A stretch of DNA of 64,000 nucleotides. Source: an uncultured beta proteobacterium. GTDB taxonomy: Bacteria > Pseudomonadota > Gammaproteobacteria > Burkholderiales > JACQAP01. The position numbers and the translations under genes are program-made. The notes beneath the pieces were generated by a model. That model did not search any database and was not told where the DNA came from. It was given only the letters and a program-made list of their open reading frames with translations. The DNA lies in contig CAWJWT010000002.1 of NCBI GenBank assembly GCA_963846655.1, positions 957,870 through 1,021,869 on the forward strand, in the 5' to 3' direction. Positions 38,822 through 55,647 of the stretch are shown here, piece after piece (position 1 is the first letter of the stretch; every line of letters starts with the position of its first letter).

Positions 38822-40511
38822 GTGGCAGATAACAACAATCTCCACTTGACCTCGCCCGCGCCGACACCCTCTGGAAGGCCGCCGACGCCCTCCGCGGCCA
38901 GGTCGACGCCGCCGAGTACAAGCACGTCGTCCTCGGCCTGCTCTTCCTCAAGTACATCTCCGACAGCTTCGAGTCCCGCCGCGACGAGCTGCAAGGCCGA
39001 ACTGACGAAGGACGGCATCACCGGCAAGCAGCTCGAAAGCCTGCTCGAATCCCGCGACGAGTACACCGCCGAGCGCGTCTTCTGGGTGCCGCCCGAGTCG
39101 CGCTGGCCGAACCTCCAGAACCAGGCCACCCGCCCCGACATCGCCACGCTGATCGACGACGCCATCCTCGCCGTCGAGCGCGACAACCCGAATCTCAAGA
39201 GCAAGCTCCCGCGCGACTACGCCCGCCGCGGCATCGAGCCGGTCAAGATGAAGGGGCTGATCGACCTGATCGCCGACATCGGCTTCAAGGGCGACGCGCG
39301 ACAAGGCCCGCGACACGCTCGGCCGGGTCTACGAATACTTCCTCGGCAAGTTCGCCGCCGCCGAAGGCAAGCTCGGCGGCGAGTTCTACACGCCGCGCTC
39401 CGTCGTCCGCGTGCTGGTCGAGATGCTCGAACCCTACGCCGGCCGCGTCTACGACCCCTGCTGCGGCTCCGGCGGCATGTTCGTCCAGTCCGAAAAGTTC
39501 GTCGAGGCCCACGGCGGCAACACGACCGACGTCTCCATCTTCGGCCAGGAGTCCAACCCCACGACCTGGCGGCTGGCCCACATGAACCTCGCCATCCACG
39601 GCATCGAGGCCAACCTCGGCGCAGCAGCCCGCCGACACCTTCCTCCGCGACCCGCACCCCGACCTCAAGGCCGACTTCGTCCTCGCCAATCCGCCGTTCA
39701 ACGTCTCCGACTGGTCCGGCCAGCTGCTCCGCGGCGACAAGCGCTGGGCCTTCGGCGACCCGCCCGTCGGCAACGCCAACTACGCCTGGATCCAGCACTT
39801 CATCCACCACCTCGCCTACCCCAACGGCCGCGGCGGCGGCGTGGCCGGGTTCGTCATGGCCAACGGCTCGCTCTCCAGCAACACCGGCGGCGAGGGCGAC
39901 ATCCGCCGCAAGATCGTCGAGGCCGACCTCGTCGATTGCATCGTCGCCATGCCCGCGCAGCTCTTCTTCACCACCGGCATCCCCGTCTGCCTCTGGTTCC
40001 TCACCCGCGACAAGACCGGCAAGAACATCCGCAAAGGCACGCCGAACCGCCCCGGCGGCCGCAAGGGCGAAACGCTCTTCATCGACGCCCGCAAACTCGG
40101 CACGCTGCAGACCCGCGACGCTCCGCGTCCTCACCGGCCTGCGAAGACGCCGAGTGCGTGCCGACGGCACGAGCGACCCGCTCCCCACCAGTCCGACATC
40201 GGCCGCATCGTCTACGCCTACCGCAGTGGCGCGGCGAGCCCACGCCCGACTGGTGGAACGAAGAACGACCACGGCGAGTGGGCCTTCACCGCCGACGCCC
40301 GGCTTCTGCCAAGCCCGCGACGATCGACGAGATCGCCAAGCACGGCCACGTCCTCACCCCCGGCCGCTACGTCGGCGCCGAAGACATCGAAGACGACGCC
40401 GAACCGTTCGCCGAGAAGTACCCGCGACTGGTGGCGGAGTTGGAGGAGTGCTTTGGCGGAGGGGGAGCGGTTGATGGGCGGTCGTGCGCGAGCGACTCGG
40501 AGAGGTCTGCG

Positions 40512-40522
<11 letters not shown>
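38822..40522 (+). pseudogene. hsdM: type I R-M N6-adenine DNA methyltransferase HsdM, at least 5 frameshifts
   Basis: Fragments lie in three frames: [40 protein letters not shown]; [33 protein letters not shown]; [13 protein letters not shown]; [21 protein letters not shown]; [12 protein letters not shown]. Confidence 0.85.
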
Positions 40523-41856
<1,334 letters not shown>

Positions 41857-41864
<8 letters not shown>

Positions 41865-42612
41865 AGCCTCGCACGATCGCAAGCGCGCTTCCAGATGGTC
41901 GGCGCTCGCGCGGCGGTGCTCGACGGTCCCATCGCCGAGGCGATCGAGCAGCAGATCCACGCCATCGAGAACGTCGCTGTCGAGCGTGCCCGACTTCGCC
42001 TTCGACCTCTCCAAGACGCTGGTCGAGTCGGTCTGCAAGACGGTGCTCGCCGACATCGGCCAGCCCGCCGACCCGAACTGGGACTGCCCGAAGCTGCTGA
42101 AGGAGACCACCAACCGGCTCGCGCTTGCTGCCGCGTGACCATCCCAACGCCGGCCAAGGCGCGCGACTCGAGTGCGAGAAGACGATCCGGGGCCTGCTCC
42201 AGACGATCCAGGGCCTGTGCGAGCTGCGCAACGGCTACGGCATGGCCTCTCACGGACGCGACGGCGTTCTCCGCGCGGCTGGACCTGCGGCAGGCCACGC
42301 TAGCCGCGCAGGCCGCGGATACGATCGTGTCATTCCTCTACCGCGATCCATCGCGATCGCGACTGCATGCAGATCGCCCGGCGCGCGCGTCTACTACGAG
42401 GACCACGCTGATTTCAACGAGTGCGTTCGACCGCGACAACGAGACTGATCCGAGTTGGTCGAGCTGGACTCGCTGACCAAGCCGACGTTCTCGTTCACGG
42501 CCGATCGCGAGGCGTACAAGGCCGCGCTGACACGAGTATCTCGCGACTGCAGAGCTCGAGCCGACAACGGAGCCGCTGCTGCCGCGACGGGCGCGGCTGG
42601 GCAGGAGGCCGA

Positions 42613-42616
<4 letters not shown>
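41857..42616 (+). pseudogene. Abi_C/HEPN-like abortive-infection family protein, frameshifted
   Basis: ATG overlaps the hsdS stop. Pieces: FAFDLSKTLVESVCKTVLADIG, IQGLCELRNGYGMASHGRDG (an R-x4-6-H HEPN-like motif), AAQAADTIVSFLYR, YYEDHADFNE, EAYKAAL. Confidence 0.5.
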
Positions 42617-45760
<3,144 letters not shown>

Positions 45761-46027
45761 TGCTGGACGTTGCGCAGCGAACATTTCCGGTTGTCGGGTC
45801 AAAGATCTTCTGCTAGACTCCCGCCTGTCTTCCCAACCCCACCGCGCCCAGCGCGCAGGAGGTGAGCCGGCGACCGAGGCGACCGAACCGCAGGGCCCCA
45901 CCGAGCGAAACGGAACCGTGCGCCGCCTTCCATCTCAGGAACCGGCGGCGCGAAGCAGTCAACCAAGCGGCCCCGACAGAGGCGGGAACCTCCGCCGGAG
46001 CCTAGCCAACCAAGGAGCAGTAACTCC

Positions 46028-46442
46028 ATGGCCGACCAGAGATCAGTCTATCTCCGAACCCGTCCCCCCGCCGTCCCACCCCTCTCCGCACGCCCAGACG
46101 CCGCCCGGCTGGGACGAATCCGCCGGCTTCCGCGAGACGTTCCTCCGCCACGTGACCGACCCGGAAGACGACCGCACCCTGCGCCACCTGGCGCGGATGC
46201 TCCACGAGTCCAGCCTGGAGCTGGCTCACTTCGCGCCGGCTGCGGGGGAGTCCGCCACCCGCGAGGAGCTGCGGGCCGCGGCCGCCGACCTGCGCCATCT
46301 CCAGGGCTTCCTCGCCGCGGTCGCCCGTGGGCTGGAGGAGAGCGAGCTGGCGCCGGCCGATGCGGAGCTGGCCGAGCTGGCGGCCCGGCAGTCCCGCGCC
46401 GTCGCCGGGCTCGCCGCGGTGCTGGAGCAGGCCCTCGGCTGA
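46028..46442 (+). pseudogene. hypothetical protein, probable early frameshift
   Basis: AAGGAG lies 8 nt before ATG 46028, but the convincing frame (WDESAGFRETFLRHVTDPEDDRTLRHLARMLHESS...) is ORF 45918..46442. Confidence 0.45.
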
Positions 46443-46868
46443 CGCCGGTTCAGGGAGGTGCCGGAGCCGCCCGGCACCTCCCGTTTCCGCGCCACGGAAG
46501 ACAAGGTGCTCTTCTGCGGCGGCTGTCCAGAGCTGCGCGGCGCGCTCCAGTGTCCAGCCCACGAGCGTCCGGGCCGCGGCGACGCCCGTCTGCCGGGCCG
46601 CGCTGGCCGTCCGCGGTCGGTCTGTGCCGCGCCTCGCGACGTCCGTCTGCGCGGCTGCGACGCCCGTCTGCGGAGCCGCGACGGCCGTCCACGGTCGGAT
46701 GATGGGCGGAGGATGGTCGGGTGATGGGCGGGTGATCCCCCGACCAGGCCCGGCCGCGGCGACAGAAAAAGCCCCCGGGCCGCTGGCCGCAGCGGCGCCG
46801 GGGGCGGGTGCGTCGGGACTTCAGGTCAGACCGGTCCCCGACTTCAGGCGGACGTGGGACCTTGCCGG

Positions 46869-47150
46869 TCAGGACTTCGCGACGGGCTCGGCCTTGCTCT
46901 GCGACGGTGCCGGCGGTGCCGGCGGGGCCGGCGGCTCCGGGGTTTCCGGATCCGTCTTGCGGCGGCCGGGCTTGAACGGCTCGAGCCCGAACTCCTTGAG
47001 CTTGTTGCTCCGGGTGCCGTACTTGCCCTTGATGATCGCCGCCAGCCGGCGGCGCAGCTCCTCGCCCTGCGCGTCGAGGCCCTGCCCGCGGTTCTCGGCC
47101 AGCCCGAAGCGGTAGAACCCTTTTCCGCGCCGTCGGAGGTACCTCTCGCT
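46869..47150 (-). CDS. possible small basic protein with no start codon found
   Basis: My own minus-strand translation gives ...RYLRRRGKGFYRFGLAENRGQGLDAQGEELRRRLAAIIKGKYGTRSNKLKEFGLEPFKPGRRKTDPETPEPPAPPAPPAPSQSKAEPVAKS*. There is no ATG/GTG/TTG in frame, which is why it is absent from the ORF track. Confidence 0.3.
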   Translation of the reverse strand, partial: SERYLRRRGKGFYRFGLAENRGQGLDAQGEELRRRLAAIIKGKYGTRSNKLKEFGLEPFKPGRRKTDPETPEPPAPPAPPAPSQSKAEPVAKS

Positions 47151-47206
47151 CCCGATTGAGGAGGAGACCCCCGACCCCAGGACCTTCGGTATTAAAATGG
47201 CCGTAA

Positions 47207-47446
47207 ATGGCCGATGACGTCGAAATCCTGGGTGAGATCGACCACGTCGAAGTGATCGCGGCCGGCCCGTCGGTCCGGTCCCGTCGTGCCCTGGCCAAGG
47301 CCTACGGAGCGGGCAACTGGCGCAAGCTCAAGGGCATTGCCACAGTCCGTCTCCCGGATGGATTCGTCTCCCGGGCCGAAGTACACTGGTACGAGGCACA
47401 CGGCCGGGGGCGAGCCGACGTCAAGATCAAGCGCCTCTTGAGGTAG
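47207..47446 (+). CDS. small conserved-looking hypothetical protein
   Basis: 79 aa, intact: ...NWRKLKGIATVRLPDGFVSRAEVHWYEAHGRGRADVKIKR. Confidence 0.55.
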   Translation: MADDVEILGEIDHVEVIAAGPSVRSRRALAKAYGAGNWRKLKGIATVRLPDGFVSRAEVHWYEAHGRGRADVKIKRLLR

Positions 47447-47451
47447 GAACC

Positions 47452-47679
47452 ATGAACGAGGCCCGACACTCCTTCTTCCTCTGCATCGCGAACCAGGGCT
47501 ACGCCGCTTCTCTTCTGGCGCGCACCGTATACCGCGCGATCAGCGATCCGGAGGCGGAATCCCACGGCTTGCTCCGCATCGTCGACGAGTCGGGAGAGGA
47601 CTATCTGTTCCCGGCGAAGCTCTTCGTACCGATCCAAGTTCCCGAGGCCGCGGCGCACGTCTTCGCAGGGGCGGCCTGA
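47452..47679 (+). CDS. small hypothetical protein, paired with 47207..47446
   Basis: 75 aa, intact, starting 6 nt after the upstream stop: ...GLLRIVDESGEDYLFPAKLFVPIQVP. Confidence 0.55.
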   Translation: MNEARHSFFLCIANQGYAASLLARTVYRAISDPEAESHGLLRIVDESGEDYLFPAKLFVPIQVPEAAAHVFAGAA

Positions 47680-47774
47680 CCGAGCGGCGATCTGGTCCAA
47701 TGCCGGCGCGACGGGAGGCCGGCCCGCGTCGGGCTATCATGGAGCGGCACAAGGAAGAAAAAGGAGATCTCTCC

Positions 47775-49353
47775 ATGAGTCGAGTCTCGCCTGCGGTGTG
47801 CGCAGCCCTGGCCCTCCCGCTCCTGCTGGCCGGTAACCCGGTGGGCGCGGATCAGGCGCCAGTCCCGACCAAGGTGCATGCCGCCTACGTGCTGCTGGCG
47901 GAGTCTCCCGCCGGCGAGCACCGTCGCCTTTGCCCGCGTGATCGTCGATCCCGGTCAGCGCTGCCCGGGGTTGATCGGCGAGGGCGGCGCTGGCGGCGAC
48001 GGGGGAGAGCGGATCGCGACGACGCCGCGCCGCAATCCGCACGGCTTCGCGGTCAAGGTCTGCGAGGCCCGCTACCCTTCGGGCGCGTCGCTCGCGGTCG
48101 ACGGCGGCCCGGCGCTTCCCCGCGGTCGTCGAGGCGCCTTCCCGCATCGCGGTCCTCGGCGATTCGGGCTGCAAGCCGAAGGATCAGGCCGGGTGCGGAC
48201 TGGACGATCCGGAGTGGCCGTTTCCGGTCCTCGCCCGCGGCCGCGGCCGCCGAGCCGGCCGGATCTCGTCCTCCATGTCGGCGACTACAACTACCGCGGC
48301 ACGCCGAGCGGCTTCAAGACCACGGTCGACGGCCAGCAGGTCCAGCACTGGTATTACGATGCCGGCGACGGCGCGGAGCCGTCGGAGAAGTGCGGGCTCA
48401 CCGGCCCCTACTGAGCCAGAACAGCACGGGCAATCCGGACGCCGACGCGTGGGAGGCCTGGTGGCTGGATTTCTTCCAGCCGGCCGGCGATCTGCTGACC
48501 GCGGCTCCCTGGGTCTTCGCGCGCGGCAATCACGAGCTGTGCAGCCACGCCGGTCCGGGCTGGTTCTACTTTCTCGATGCCAGCTCGGAGCTGCCCGAGG
48601 CGGCGGCCGGCAGCTCGCCTGCCCGTCGCAGGACGGCGGGGGGCCGGCGCTGCCGCATCTCCAGCTCGTCGAGCCGCAGGTGCTCCATCTCGGCGACCTC
48701 GACCTGCTGGTGATCGACTCGGCCAACGCCTGCGACCAGCTGCCGGGTCTCTCCGACGTCTACGAGCGCCAGCTCGCCGCGGCGGCGAAGCGGCTGCGCG
48801 GCCGCGACGGGAAGGGACCGCCTGGCTGATGGCGCACCGGCCGGTCTGGGGGCGTCGCAGGACGCGGCGCCGAGGCCCTCTACGGCTGTGACGGCCAGCC
48901 GCAGAACGGCCCGCCGTATCCCTCGGCGAGTTGAACCAGACCCTCCAGTGCGCTCTGCGCGGCGCGGCCGGCGAGGCCCTCCTCCCCGCGCTCGACCAGA
49001 TCCTCGCCGGCCACATGCACCGTTTCGAAGCCCTCTCCTTCGCCGCCCCGGCCCGCCGCCCGCCGACCCTGGTGGTGGGCAACAGCGGGGTCGCCGAGGA
49101 CACCGGACCGCCGACCGGCGCCTTCGCCCAGACGGTCGACGGCGCGCCGGCCGTGGGCTTCTCGGTCGACTCAGTTCGGGTATCTGGAGCTGGCGCGGAG
49201 ACGGTGACGGCACCTGGCGAGGCGCGATGGTCGCCGTCGACCCCGCGGCCTGGTCGCCGTTCCTCGCTCCCTGCGCGACGGGAGCGCGTGGAGCAGGCGC
49301 TTTGCGTCAAGCCGGCCACCGCGCCGCCCGCGGCCCAGGTTCGGGCGCCCTAG
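47775..49353 (+). pseudogene. secreted metallophosphoesterase (calcineurin-like), about 5 or more frameshifts
   Basis: AGGAG precedes ATG 47775 (MSRVSPAVCAALALPLLLAG). Motif pieces lie in different frames: DLVLHVGDYNYRG, WVFARGNHELC, ILAGHMHRFE. Confidence 0.7.
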
Positions 49354-49517
49354 GGCGGGGCCTCTCGCACAAGGCCGGCGGGGCGGTCCTGCCGACGGTG
49401 GGCGCGCAGCGCGCTGGCGTTTTCGGTTGGGCGGAGCCGCCGGGCTCCGGGCGAGTCGGCTGCTAGAATGGCGGCCCTGGCGAAAAGGTTCCCAACCGAT
49501 CGAGCGGAGGTGACGAA

Positions 49518-51027
<1,510 letters not shown>

Positions 51028-51029
51028 GG

Positions 51030-51377
51030 CTATCCCGCGAAGCTCTGCCGCAGGAGGCGGAGGAGGAGCGCGCGGCGCAACGGTGCGAGGATGGGCTCGA
51101 GATCCTGTTCGGTGAGAGGGGGCGGCGGGGAGGGCGGCTCCTTGAGGGTCACGGGCACGGCCAGCAGTTGATCGAGCGTCTCCTCGGGGGATCGCCGCGC
51201 CGCTTCCATGCGGCGCTCGAGCGAGGTCAGGAGCTGGTAGGCGTGATGGACGCGGGCGAACTGCTCGGGGGCGAGGCGCTCGGGCGGATAGCGGCGCACC
51301 AGCTTGCGGTAGGCGCGGGTGATCTCCTCAGCGGTGGCGGTGGCCGGGACGCCCAGGACGGTGTGCGGGGTCTCCAC
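51030..51377 (-). CDS. J-domain-like protein lacking the HPD motif
   Basis: 115 aa, GTG start 6 nt after AAGGAG. The segment TPHTVLGVPATATAEEITRAYRKLVRRYPPERLAPEQFARVHHAYQLL has the canonical ...YHPD... replaced by YPPE. Confidence 0.65.
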   Translation of the reverse strand: METPHTVLGVPATATAEEITRAYRKLVRRYPPERLAPEQFARVHHAYQLLTSLERRMEAARRSPEETLDQLLAVPVTLKEPPSPPPPLTEQDLEPILAPLRRALLLRLLRQSFAG

Positions 51378-51430
51378 GGTTCTCTCCTTCAGGGGCGGGG
51401 AAAAATCCCCACTGCGATTTCCACCAGATC

Positions 51431-53777
51431 TCAAAAGTCCAACCGGAGCTGCGGCGTGCCGCTCCTCCGGGTCCACGGCTTCCGCTTCGCCGGCGACGGC
51501 TCGCCGGGCTCTGGAGAGGAGGATCGTCGGCCACGGCGCCGCGGGCTCTCCAGGCTGCTCCGCAGCTTCCCGAACGCAAGGATTCCCTCGAGCGCGTGCT
51601 CGAGGGCCTCGCGGCCTGCGACCGGCAGCTCCGAGGTCGCGAGGAGCTGCCGGATCTTGGCCTCCAGCCGCTTCCTCTCCCCGGCATCGACGGCGATGGC
51701 GAGCAGGCGCACCGCTGGAGACCAGAGCTGCCAGCGCTCGTCGAGCCGGTCGACCACCGCCCGGGCGAGCCGGCCCAACAGGGCTTGCGCTCCTGGCGGC
51801 GACCAGGGCATCAGGGCCCCGTCGAGCGCCCGCAGGGCGGCGAGCGGGGCGTCGAGGCCGGGGAAGGCGGTGAGGAACTTTTCCAGCCGTTTCTCCGCCA
51901 CCCGCCGGTCCGGCTGCCAACACTCGACGACCACCTCGACGGCGCCGAAGCCTGGAGTCCCGGCGAGGAACGGCCGCAGGCCGTCGAGCACGGAGCGCAT
52001 CATGTCGATGTCGTCGATGTCGTCGCCGTCCGCGAAGCTCTCCCCGCGGAGGATCCGGCCGAAGCTGCCGGCCAACTCCTGGGCTACGAGCGCCGCGATC
52101 CCGGGCCAGACGTCACCGGCGAAGAGCGGCCGGAGCCGCCTGAGGATCGGGGCCAGGTCCCAGGGGCCATCCCGGCTGATTTCGATCATCAATTGCCGGC
52201 AGACTTCCAGATCCTGCGCCCGGACATCGACGCCGCGGGCGAGCCGCGCCTCCAGGGCTCGCAAGGACTTCGGGTCCTCGCCGACGACGGCCCCGGCGAC
52301 GCCGGCCACGAGCAGACCGGCGTCGTCCGGCAGATGCTCGAGGAGGGAGAGGGCTGCCCAACCGACGTGATCGCAGAAGTAAGCCAGCCGGCAGGCCTCG
52401 AAGAGCCTGTCGCGCAACACGCGGGCCACCTCCGCCCGGAAGCCTCGGAGGAAAGCGCTGCGCGATCTCGCCGGCCATCTGGTGCAGGCGCACGATCGTG
52501 CGGTGCGGCGGGGGATCGTCCCCGTCGTCCTCGGCGATCTGGTCGATCGCCCAGAAGCTCCAGGCTCCAGAGAGCCGCCAGCTCGCCGCTATCCGAGCCG
52601 GCGGAGCCCGCGGAGCCAGCGGAGCCAGTGTTGCCGGCGGAGACCGTCCGGTTGCGGGAGCGGAGGAGCCGCGCCAGGTCGCCGTAGCGGCGGGCGGCGA
52701 GGAGCTGCCGCCCCTGGCCCGCCTCGCGCACGGCTGTGGGGCTGCTGCGCGCCAGGGCCACGTCGTGGGCGAGGAGATCGGGGGCGGCCGTCCAGAGGAC
52801 GGTGAGCCCGGCCGATCCCTCGCCGGCCGCCACCCGCTCGAGCACGGCCCGCCAGCGCAGGTGGAGAGCGTGGCGGAGCGGGGCCAGCAGCGGCGGCGCG
52901 GAGCTGCCGAGCGCTGCCGCGAGCACCGCCCCCGCCCCGCGCAACCAGCCGGCGACCTCCCGGCTCGTCGTCTGCCTCTCGCCCTCCGGCGGGGCGAGAG
53001 TGGCGAGATCATCGAGGAGGGACAGCGACCGGCCGGCGCCGGCGAGGAGGCGGTGCAGCTCGGGGTCCTCCGCCAGCTCCGCCAGCTCCGCCGGCGCCGC
53101 GGACCGCACGGCCGCGAGGTGGCGGGCGAGGTCGCGGCGCACGTGCGGAGGCAGGGGAGCGATCGGAGCGATCGGAGCGATCGGAGCGATCGGAGCGATC
53201 GGAGCCATCGGAGCCAGGGGAGCTATCGGAGCCAGGGGAGCCGGCGCGAAGGTCGCTGCTTCCAGGCTCTTCAAGGCGGCGAAGAGCCCGCCCACCGCCA
53301 GGAGGTACGGCTCGTCGCGGCTCCCGGCCGCGATCGGAAGGGGAGCCGGCTGGGGGGCCGGACGGCGGTCCGGCTCCTCCTGCGCCAGGGCCAGGAGGGA
53401 CCGAGGAGATCCCGCGGGACAGGCCCGCCTTCCCCGGCGAGCGCGGCGAGCCGGCCGCGGGCGGTTTCCAGCCGGCCCTCGGCGAGGTCGAGGACCGCTT
53501 CGGCCAGGACGGCCAGCGGGCGGAGACGGCCGCTCCGGCGCAGTGCGCGCACCAGGCGCGGGAGGCGGCCGAGATCACCGCCGGCCAGGCTCTCGCGCAC
53601 CGCCCGCTCCGCCATCTCGGTCCACCCGGCGGCGACCGGCGAGGCGGCGGGGTCCGGGAGCTGCTCCGCGAGGAGGAGGAACTCCTCGGCCGCGCCCTGG
53701 AGGTACAGCTCTTCCAGCTGCGCCAGGAGGGTCTCCTGCTTTTTCTGGTGCTTCTTGAGGATCCGCTTCCGGCTCAT
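51431..53777 (-). pseudogene. large (~780 aa) Ala/Leu/Arg-rich protein of unknown function, at least 3 frameshifts
   Basis: The chain of ORFs 53271..53777, 52189..53295, 52113..53012 (part) and 51431..52429 reads through. Contains (API)n, (GSA)n and DDIDDIDMM. No domain recognised. Confidence 0.55.
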
Positions 53778-53812
53778 CTCACGCTCTCAACTCACGGTCT
53801 TCATTTCAGGTC

Positions 53813-55647
53813 TCATTGCGCGCTCTCGTGCACCGCCGGGGCCTCTTCCGCCTCGTTCAGCACTTCCAGGAGCTCTCCTCGGCCCGGTCGACCGCGCCGG
53901 GGTCGGCCGCCGGATCGGCCAGCAGCTGCTCGTAGGCCCCGGCCGCCGCGCCGAGGCGCTCCCGGAGCGCGCCTGCGGCAGAAGCTCGCGGCCAGCGCCC
54001 TGGCCTTGCGCAGGATGTAGTTCTCCACCGGACCGGCCGTGCCGGTCTGCACCTGCTCCCGCGTGCGGGTGGAGAGGGTCACTTCCTTGCGGTTGTCGGT
54101 GCCCTTCTGGTGGACGGCGACGCGGATGATGCCGTCCAGGTCGTAGCGGAATTCGACCAGGACCGGGCTGTCCGCGGGCGCCGGCAGGAGCGGGAACAGG
54201 AACTCTCCGATCAGCGTGTTCTCGCTGCAGCGAAGCTCTCCCCTGGTAGACCTCGACCGCCACGCATTCCTGGTCGTTCACCATGGTGTAGTAGGGCTCC
54301 GAGCGGGTCGCCGGCACCTGGCTGTTGCGGCGGATGACGGTGGAGAAGAAGTCCGCCGTCCAATCGCCCCCGCGGCCGCCCGCGAGGACGTTGTCCATCG
54401 TCTTGACACCGAGCGAGTGGGCCGCCACGTCCACCAGGATGTGATCGAACACCTCGCCCGCCAGGATCGCTCCCTGGACCGCGGCCCCGAGGGCCACGCA
54501 GAGCGCCGGATCGACCGCGTGCTCGACCGGGCAGGAGAAGCGCCCGGCGAGCAGCTCCTGGACGCGCGGGATGTGGGTCGAGCCGCCCACCAGGACGACC
54601 CGGTCGATCTGTTCCGCGGCGAGCCGGGCCTCGGCCAGGGTGCCGTCGACCTCCGCGAGGGTGCTCGCGAGCAGCGTCTCGATCAGCTCCTCGAAGTCCT
54701 GCCGGCTCACCTCCAGATCGAGATGGCGGGCCCCCAGCAGCGCCTCCTCGATCACCCGGGCGAAGGGGCGGGAGGAGAGGTCGACCTTCGCCCGTTCGGC
54801 GGCATCCTCCAGGCGGGCGGCGAGGCGCAGGTCCTGCGGCAGCTCCCGGCCGGCCTGTTCCCGCAGGTGGCCGGCCAGGTGCTCCGCCAGGAGGCGGTCG
54901 AAGTCGTCGCCGCCCAGCCGGGCCACGCCGCTGGTGGAGAGCACGCGGAACCGGGGTAGGCCGCCGCTGGAGTCCAGGTCCAGCACGGTCACGTCGAAGG
55001 TGCCGCCGCCCAGGTCGTAGACCAGGATCCTCTGCGGATGATCGGATCGGCCGGCCGCGGCCGGCACGCTGTCGGCGCCGTTGGGGCCGTCGGCGCTGTC
55101 GGCGCTGTCGGCGCTGTCGGCGCCATTGGAGACCGTGCGGAGGGCCCGCGGCGCGATCTGGCGGGCCACCAGGCGGTCGTAGACGAGAGCGGCCGCCGTG
55201 GGCTCGTTGAGGAGGCGGACCACCTCGAGGCCGGCGAGCGCTCCCGGCCCGGATGGTGGCGCGCCTCTCGGCGTCGCCGAAGTAGGCGGGGACGGTGATC
55301 ACGGCGCGCTCCACCGGCGTGCCGAGAGCCGCCTCGCCCTGCTCCTTGAGATAGCGCAGGATTTCCGCCGCGACCTCCACGGGCAGCAGCTCGCGGTCAC
55401 CCAGGCGCACCGGCGCCGCCTGGCCCATGCGGCGCTTGATCGAGCGCACCGTCCAGGCCGGCTCGGCCACCTGGCGGTTCCTGGCCCGCCGGCCCACCAG
55501 GAAGCGCCCGGTCTGCCGGTCGAGGCTCACCACCGAGGGCACGATGGGCTCGCCGTCGATGTCGATCACCCGCGGTCCGCCGGCTGCCATCACGGCGATG
55601 CAGGAGTTGGTCGTTCCCAGGTCGATGCCGAAGATCTTCTGAGTCAT
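53813..55647 (-). pseudogene. Hsp70-family ATPase (non-canonical DnaK paralogue), about 4 frameshifts
   Basis: KIFGIDLGTTNSCIAV, VITVPAYFGD, RLLNEPTAAALVY, ILVYDLGGGTFDVTVL, VVLVGGSTHIPRVQELL. The substrate-binding domain (VEVYQGE...NTLIGEFLFPLLPAPADSPVLVEFRYDLDGIIRVAV) and a short lid lie in other frames. Confidence 0.85.
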
